Shown piece after piece: positions 53,601 to 60,000 of a stretch of 60,000 nucleotides of DNA. Position numbers and translations under genes: made by a program. Source of the stretch: Callorhinchus milii (Eukaryota); NCBI RefSeq assembly GCF_018977255.1, contig NW_024704743.1:6016001-6076000 (forward strand). Direction: 5' to 3'. The notes beneath the pieces were generated by a model. That model made no database searches. It was not told the DNA's origin and saw nothing but the letters and a program-made list of their open reading frames with translations. Each line of letters opens with the position of its first letter. Within the stretch, counting starts at the first letter, position 1.

Positions 53601-55504
53601 TTTATATCGGAAGCGCTTAAAAATACTCGCCTTTTGGTTTTTGTACTCACCAGGGGCAAAACATTAGGTAAGTTTCATTCCTCCACATGTATCTAGCAGT
53701 AAGTACACAGAGGCATGTGGAGCAAGAAGGACCCTGGTTATTCGTCGATTGGTGGATTGCTTTCCGGGATAATAATTCGAAAAAAAATTTGGTCACTTAA
53801 TTCATGACTGTTTGTGGGACACTGCTATGCAGTTGGCAATTGGCTACTGAATTTCACCCACTAAATATACAATCAATTCACTTTATTTTATGTAAAGCGT
53901 TTCAAGACGCTTCGAAGACTTCGAAGAAGTGCAGTATCAAATGCAAGTATTATTATAATGTTTGTTGTTGATGTTTCTTGTAAATGCAGCTGTTAAGCTA
54001 TTAAATGTTTTTAACTATCTTTTGTTTTAGTGTAAGGGAAAAGTGTCAGCAGTTTTCAGGTTTCCTTGGGTGTTAAAGCCAGAGAATCTATAATAGTTTG
54101 TTTTTTAAATTCTGCTAAAATGTATATAGTTTATATTAACTTAGTGATTGCCAGTATGATTCTCTTGAATTAAATATTGGAAGAGTGGTTTAAATATCAT
54201 TGAAATTAACGGATGGCATTGGGAGAAATATGGGAATGCAGTCTAATGAGCATAATTGAGAATGAGCATCACATTTCATACAAGTAAGCCCTCTCAGATG
54301 TTTGTCTGATTTCAAATGCAACTTTGTTGGCCACGCATTAATCTTAATGCTCAGCGTTTCCTAAAGGAGAATATATGATGTTGCGCTGAGAGTAAAGTTA
54401 ATAAACACACTGCTTATTTGTTCGCTACGGTTCAAAATGTTTTAGAAGTGTATTCTTGAGGGACAATGTAGAGCACTTCAGATATGTATTATGAGTGACA
54501 TGATCACAGTTTGTTTTTATGCAGAAAAGTTGTTTTTTGTGATCATCCTCAAATGGAGAAAGACTTCTCTCTAGCTGGTGTCCTTGTCAAGCATTCCAGA
54601 GCAGATTATAATGTAGATTAGATCCAGTATTCACTATCCTTTACATTGCTCCATCTGTCGTGCCTTAACCCCACCCTCAGAGCTGAACACTTTGCTGTAT
54701 CTGTCTGAAATTGTTGCTTACAAAGACATTCCTAACGACTATCAAGTGTGAAGATAATACCAAGGCTTAGTATGTTTAGAAATCTATTTGCATTTGAGAT
54801 TAGTCAAGTATACTTTGGGCCTTCGTAGCCAGTAGAGAAGATTTTGAAGCCATTTGTCTGAATTATATTCAGATACAGTAGAAAATTGCAAAAATATTTG
54901 CCAAAAATTGCAGGGCATTTGACAAATTTTGCAGAAAATGGTGGAGATTTGAAAAATTGTGCTGGAAATTGCAGAGGTCTGGTTAATGCTATTCAGAGAC
55001 GCATTTTGCTGCTAACCTACATTTTTTCACTTTATTGATAAAAACTGAATGTGCAGTTATGTTTGAAATACTACAGCCCTTGAATAGTACAGCACTTACC
55101 AAGAATTTGTTGCAGGAGCTCAGTTTAGGCAGGGCGTCGAGCAAATAGACGCCAGTGGTTCACTCACAAGCGGGCGAAGCCGATTTTCTACTGTGCCGCG
55201 AAACCGATCCCAACACTCCCCGCGTCACACAGGCGCGACCAGAGCCACTAAACCCAAAGTAACAGCGTCGAGCAAAGAGAGCAAGAGGCCTGGGGCCCAG
55301 CACACTGTGTTTGCACAGGTTTGTAATGAAGAGGGGGGCGTTTGTAGCAGAGGAGGGCGACACCCTGACCACTACAAACCCGCTAAAAAAATTTAGTTTC
55401 TGGCCCGCGGACCTCTCGCTGTTTATCTGTTGTCACTGTGGGGATGGCGGCTCCGTACCCGCATGTGCGGTACAGCGCAAGCGGGAAATATTGTGATTGT
55501 TCAT

Positions 55505-55730
55505 GTATGTGTGTATGTGAGGGTCTGTGTATGAGTGTCTCGCTTTCTCTATGTGCTTGTGAGTGTCTCTCTATGTGTTTGTGAGTGTCTCTCTATGTGT
55601 TTGTGAGTGTCTCTCTATGTGTTTGTGAGTGTCTCTCTCTCAGTGTCTGTGTGTGTGTCTCTCCATGTCTTTGTGAATGTGTGTGTGTGTCTCTCTCTCT
55701 TTGTGTCTCTCGCTCTCTCTATGTGAGTCT
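55505..55730. repeat. (GT)/(CT) compound microsatellite with a 22-bp unit
   Basis: gtgagtgtctctctatgtgttt repeated about four times within GT/CT low-complexity sequence. Confidence 0.85.
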
Positions 55731-57444
55731 CCCAAATTTTTCTGCTACTTTTGGAAAACATTTCCGCAATTTTTCTATTGTCCCTGGTCATAACCTATTC
55801 TGAAAGTAACCAGATATTTCAGTTGCACAACTTATCTGTTGAGATGGAATGGTGAGATAAGGAAAATTTGCAATCAAGTTACATGAGCAAGTATTGCTGT
55901 CACTGGTTGAAGGGTGAAAGAAAAAGACCCTTTCCTTTGAGTAATCAATGATTGAGTATTTTATGGTTTATGAAAATACTAATAAGTTCTTCTCACATTT
56001 GCTGGATTTCAGCTTGTTACCCACTTCACATCAGCTGCAGGTGTACTTCAGTGATTATCAGCATTATTTGCCACCCATCTAATTTGTTGGACATATTGCA
56101 CCAGTTTCTGGCAGACCAATGAGGAAGTGTAACCATTAACTCCAGTATCTTGACCAACTGAAGTATGAAAAGGATGCGCTCTTCCCCTTTTTTGTTAGTT
56201 TTGGGTTAATTGCAACATAAAACAATGACAGTAGAAAAATACGTTTCTTGATCATTTTAAGTGAAAATACATACCTCTTTAGAAGAAAAAAAAACAGGCA
56301 TTACGGGCATTATCGCATTACTACAAGACACTGCTGATGACAGACCAGTCGGACTGTCTTATTGACAGAATTTGTAGGGACAGACACCGGGTGCAGGGAT
56401 TCTTCCCACTCAACTCTTGTAAACCCCGTGAAACAAAGCCCTAATGGGTGGGGTGTTCCTAACTGAACAAGCAGCAGGAAGCCTGCCAGACAGAGCTCTC
56501 AATGACAAGCTGTGTGGTTTTAGTCTTGTTAAACTTCAGCAGTAAGCCAAAACACATTCTGGGGTCCCCAAGCCTTGGCTCTTGCCAACCTGAGCCTATT
56601 ACTCTCCAGAATTAGGTAAGGCACGGTGCATCCATTCCAGACATGGAGAAATTCCATGTGTAGGTGACATACATATGTGGAACTCACAGTCTGGTTTGAA
56701 TGCTGAGAAACGTGGTGCATGTGTCAGACACCCAGTAGACCAAAAAACAACTATAGGAAAAATTAAACTATGCAATGTCTACAAGAAGCTGTTATAAACA
56801 TATAAAAACAATCCTCCAGCCAAAATTGGTAATTTATTTCATGGCTGCCTGTTCTTCGTCCTCTCAGCACCATCATTGGCGGCCGTGCTTTCAGCCACTA
56901 TGCCCTGAAACTGTGGAACTGTCTGCCTCAATCCCTCTGCCTTGCGCCCACCTTATCCGTCTTCTGATTGCATCTGAAGACCTTCCTCTTTAACCGTGCC
57001 TACAGTCACCTTCCCTATCAGCATCAAGCCCCATCACTGTAAGCACTCCTAAGACATTACCCTCGTGAAGGGCACAATATAAATGTAAGTTGTTATTGTT
57101 GTTTGTAGTGCCTTGGTGTGCACAAAAAGCCTATTGTATTTGCTGCACATCACTACATGGTATTATTGTAAAAGAGCTTTGAGACATTTCAAAGAAACAT
57201 AGAAACAGGAGTAGACCATTCAGCTTCTCGAGCCTGTTCCGCCATTCTATAAGATCACGGCTGATCGGTACCTCAACTCCAATTACCCGCCTTAAAGGGA
57301 TGGCCCTAGAAAAATGCAAGTTCTTCATCAGTATTTACTCTGTAAATAATTTTCACTATATCTCAGAATCTTATTTAATGAAGTGAAGGAGACAGAAAAA
57401 ACTTTTTTTGTGGGAGTCTTGCTTGGCATGTTCTTGCAGAATGG

Positions 57445-58052
57445 CTCACAGCAGATGATAAGGAAATGGTGGAAATACTAAATGAATACTTTGCCTCAGT
57501 TTTCACAAAGGAAACTGATAAGGAAACTTTAGTAAGAATAGATGGGAAGGATCTAATATTAAGATGGGAGAAGGAGGGTATTAAATAAATTGCATAAACC
57601 TAAAGAGAACAAGGTACCTGGCCCAGATGGACTGCACCCAAGGAGTCTTAGGGAAACCAGGGTGGATATGGGTGAGGATCTAGTACATATATTTAAGAAC
57701 TGTAGAGAAAAGAATTGTGACAGAGGACTGGAGAATGCCAATATTTTTTCAAAATGGTGATAGATGTAATCCAGGAAACCATAGTTTAGTGTTGGTTGTG
57801 GGCAAGGTATTGGAATCTATAATAAAAGATGAAGTAACTAGTCATCTGGAAAAGGAGAATATAATTAAAAGCAGCCAGCATGGATTTTCGAAAGGAAGGT
57901 CATGCTCGACCAACCTTATCGAATTCTTTGCAGAAGTAACCGATAAAGTGGACAAGGGAACAGCAGTGAATGGAGTGTGTCTGGGTTTCCAGAAGGCCTT
58001 TAATAAAGTGCCACATGAGAGGTTCGTGACTAAAATAGGGGTATATGGAATT
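57445..58052 (+). mobile_element. CR1 LINE ORF2 RT fragment
   Basis: EILNEYFASVFT..KVPGPDGLHPR and VVGKVLESIIKD..SQHGFSKGRSCSTNLIEFF..FQKAFNKVPHER. Confidence 0.92.
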
Positions 58053-59860
58053 GTGGTAGATTTGAGATCAGCATTAAGAGTATCGAATCAAACACTAAAT
58101 GTTTTCCCATGACAAATATTAGACAGGGCAAATGTGAGCGAAAATTATGAATACTTTTTTTGTGGAAATCATGGTATATACTCCACACAAGTCTTCACCT
58201 AGTCCTCGCTCTCACTATTAAACTCAAAATATCTCCCTCTTTATATCTTTAACTGTCCAGCGCTTTGGGACATCCTCCCAACATGAAAGGCACGAGACAA
58301 ATGTAATGTGTTGTTTGTTGTTTCCTTCGCTGCTTGCCTGAAGGTACTGAATCCTGAAATGATCTAACTCTGCACAGACTGGGGTTTTACCGACTAAGCT
58401 ATTGGGGAAGTTGTCAGGTGTACTTTCACAGATCATCCCTTGTGAATCTCCTGGCATTTTTGGCGTACTAAAATTAGTCTTAGGATATTTTTTTGATTTG
58501 AAAAGCGCTATGTAAATGTAAATTTGTTGTTGAGTTGTTGGTCAAAAAGGACAATTCAGTAGATCAAATCACTTTGACTTTCAGAAACCAAATTTGATAA
58601 TTTTCCGCATCTGAGGTTTTTAAAACTGGAATTAATGGTAAATTTGCTAATTGATTTGAAAACTGGCTTGGTAATGGAAAGCAGCAGGTGGCGATTTTAA
58701 TAGTAAATGCTCTGTGCCAAAGGTAGCACTTGTGAAATTCCACATGAGTGTGTCCTGGCTCTCCTGCTTTTCACACTCAAACAATACTTTCAGCACAGTA
58801 AACATTGCTGACAACACAAAGTTATATAGTCAAACTATGGATATAACAACAACTTGCATTTATGTAGCAACCTTCATGTAGGATAATTTTTTGGAACGTT
58901 GTAGGGATGTTGATAGAATCAAAAGAATGTGGACTAATTAATCAATAAATTTTAACTTTTAAGTACCAGATGTATGCACATGAGAACTGGGAATGGGAAA
59001 CATATATACAAAAATTCCATTAGTACTAGTAGATATTTGAAAGAATTTGTGTTGCACTTAAAATATTCTATCAATGTGGATTTAAAGACTGAGTTAAGTA
59101 CCTCGGCTTTGATTATGCAAAAGTGATATTCTAGAATTTTATAGATCATTATTTTGGTGATGAAAGCCAGATTTGGCCCCAAATCCTACCTAGTCCTGGC
59201 ATGTTTAGACATTTTGTCTTAAAATAGAAGATTGTGCAGAATTGAGAAAAAATCTTAAATTTGGAATTTGGAAGCCAATTTTCTACCATTCATTTTAAGA
59301 CAAATGGGCTTGATAGGTTTGGACTTGATACAATTTCAGGCCTTCAAGCCAACATAGAGTAAAGGAAGAGTAGAAAATAAACCCAAGCATGAATCTTTTG
59401 ATCCAGAGTGTTACCAATTGAGCCAGGCTGACACATTGGTTCATGGCACTATTCAGAAAGAGGAGAGTTTCTCCCAGTGTCATTGCCATCAGTCCCTCAT
59501 ATAAAATTGGTCATTCACTTCATGGCTTGTGCGACATTGCTGTACTCAAATTGGCCGTCACGTACAAAATACATAGCTACTATACTTTACAGATTAGTGG
59601 TTATTTGGAATAGTTTGTTAGGAATCATATTGAAAATTATAAATAGCCTTACAGATAGCAACGATACTGTATGGAACAAAATGTTTCTTTGGCTCTAACA
59701 GGCAAAGATGGTTATTGGTTGGCTGGTTACTTTTTTGTGCAAATGATACCTGTTTTGAAACAGACTTGTTGGTCTAAATGGCCTTTCACTCATTCAAGCT
59801 AATGTTCTTAACTGGGATGTGAAATAACAATTTGTTTTGTTTCAAAACTTATAAATTCAG

Positions 59861-60000
59861 ATCTTGGCAATGTTCTCAGTTCAGCCCAAAACTGTGACAA
59901 AATGAACGGAAATATTGAGAGCAACGATAGTAGTGCTGAATCTGAACAGGAGGAAGGTGAAGAGGATGATGATGAAGATGCAACTGATGATGATGAGAAA
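59861..60000 (+). CDS. ACBD5: ACBD5 next coding exon (truncated by window end), acidic linker
   Basis: aattcag acceptor; (D)LGNVLSSAQNCDKMNGNIESNDSSAESEQEEGEEDDDEDATDDDEK resembles human DLGNVLTS...NGKAESSDSGAESEEE; phase matches the upstream exons. Confidence 0.92.

Noticed and set aside
41912..53958. Inverted SINE pair flanking ACBD5 exons as a circRNA driver
   Set aside because: The copies are diverged and competing same-intron partners exist; such pairs are expected at this SINE density.

Overview
Eukaryotic vertebrate genomic DNA, most likely a cartilaginous fish (inferred from the repeats: SacSINE1-like DeuSINEs, CR1, L2, and tRNA-SINEs with L2-type tails). Two genes lie head-to-head with start codons about 14.7 kb apart. 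ABI1 is on the minus strand; only coding exon 1 (10662-10778) is present and 1-10661 is intron 1. ACBD5 is on the plus strand, with a probable non-coding first exon and six coding exons (25517-25592, 31198-31318, 39201-39273, 50080-50197, a 33-nt exon 50616-50648, and 59861 to the window end), all GT-AG and joining in frame. Both CpG-island promoters carry ZNF143/THAP11 ACTACA-SBS motifs. The rest is mainly transposon debris (L2, CR1, SINEs, DIRS relics, a zinc-knuckle LINE) and tandem repeats. The long ORFs in the track are low-complexity or TE artefacts. I found no convincing new multi-gene system. The best leads are a 2-kb GUGAGU/UG array in ABI1 intron 1, a promoter-like CpG segment between inverted repeats inside ACBD5, a perfect 201-bp duplication, a fold-back hairpin, two insertions at the same DeuSINE site, and the conserved 33-nt exon. 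Family names come from remembered consensus sequences, not database searches, and TE boundaries are approximate.
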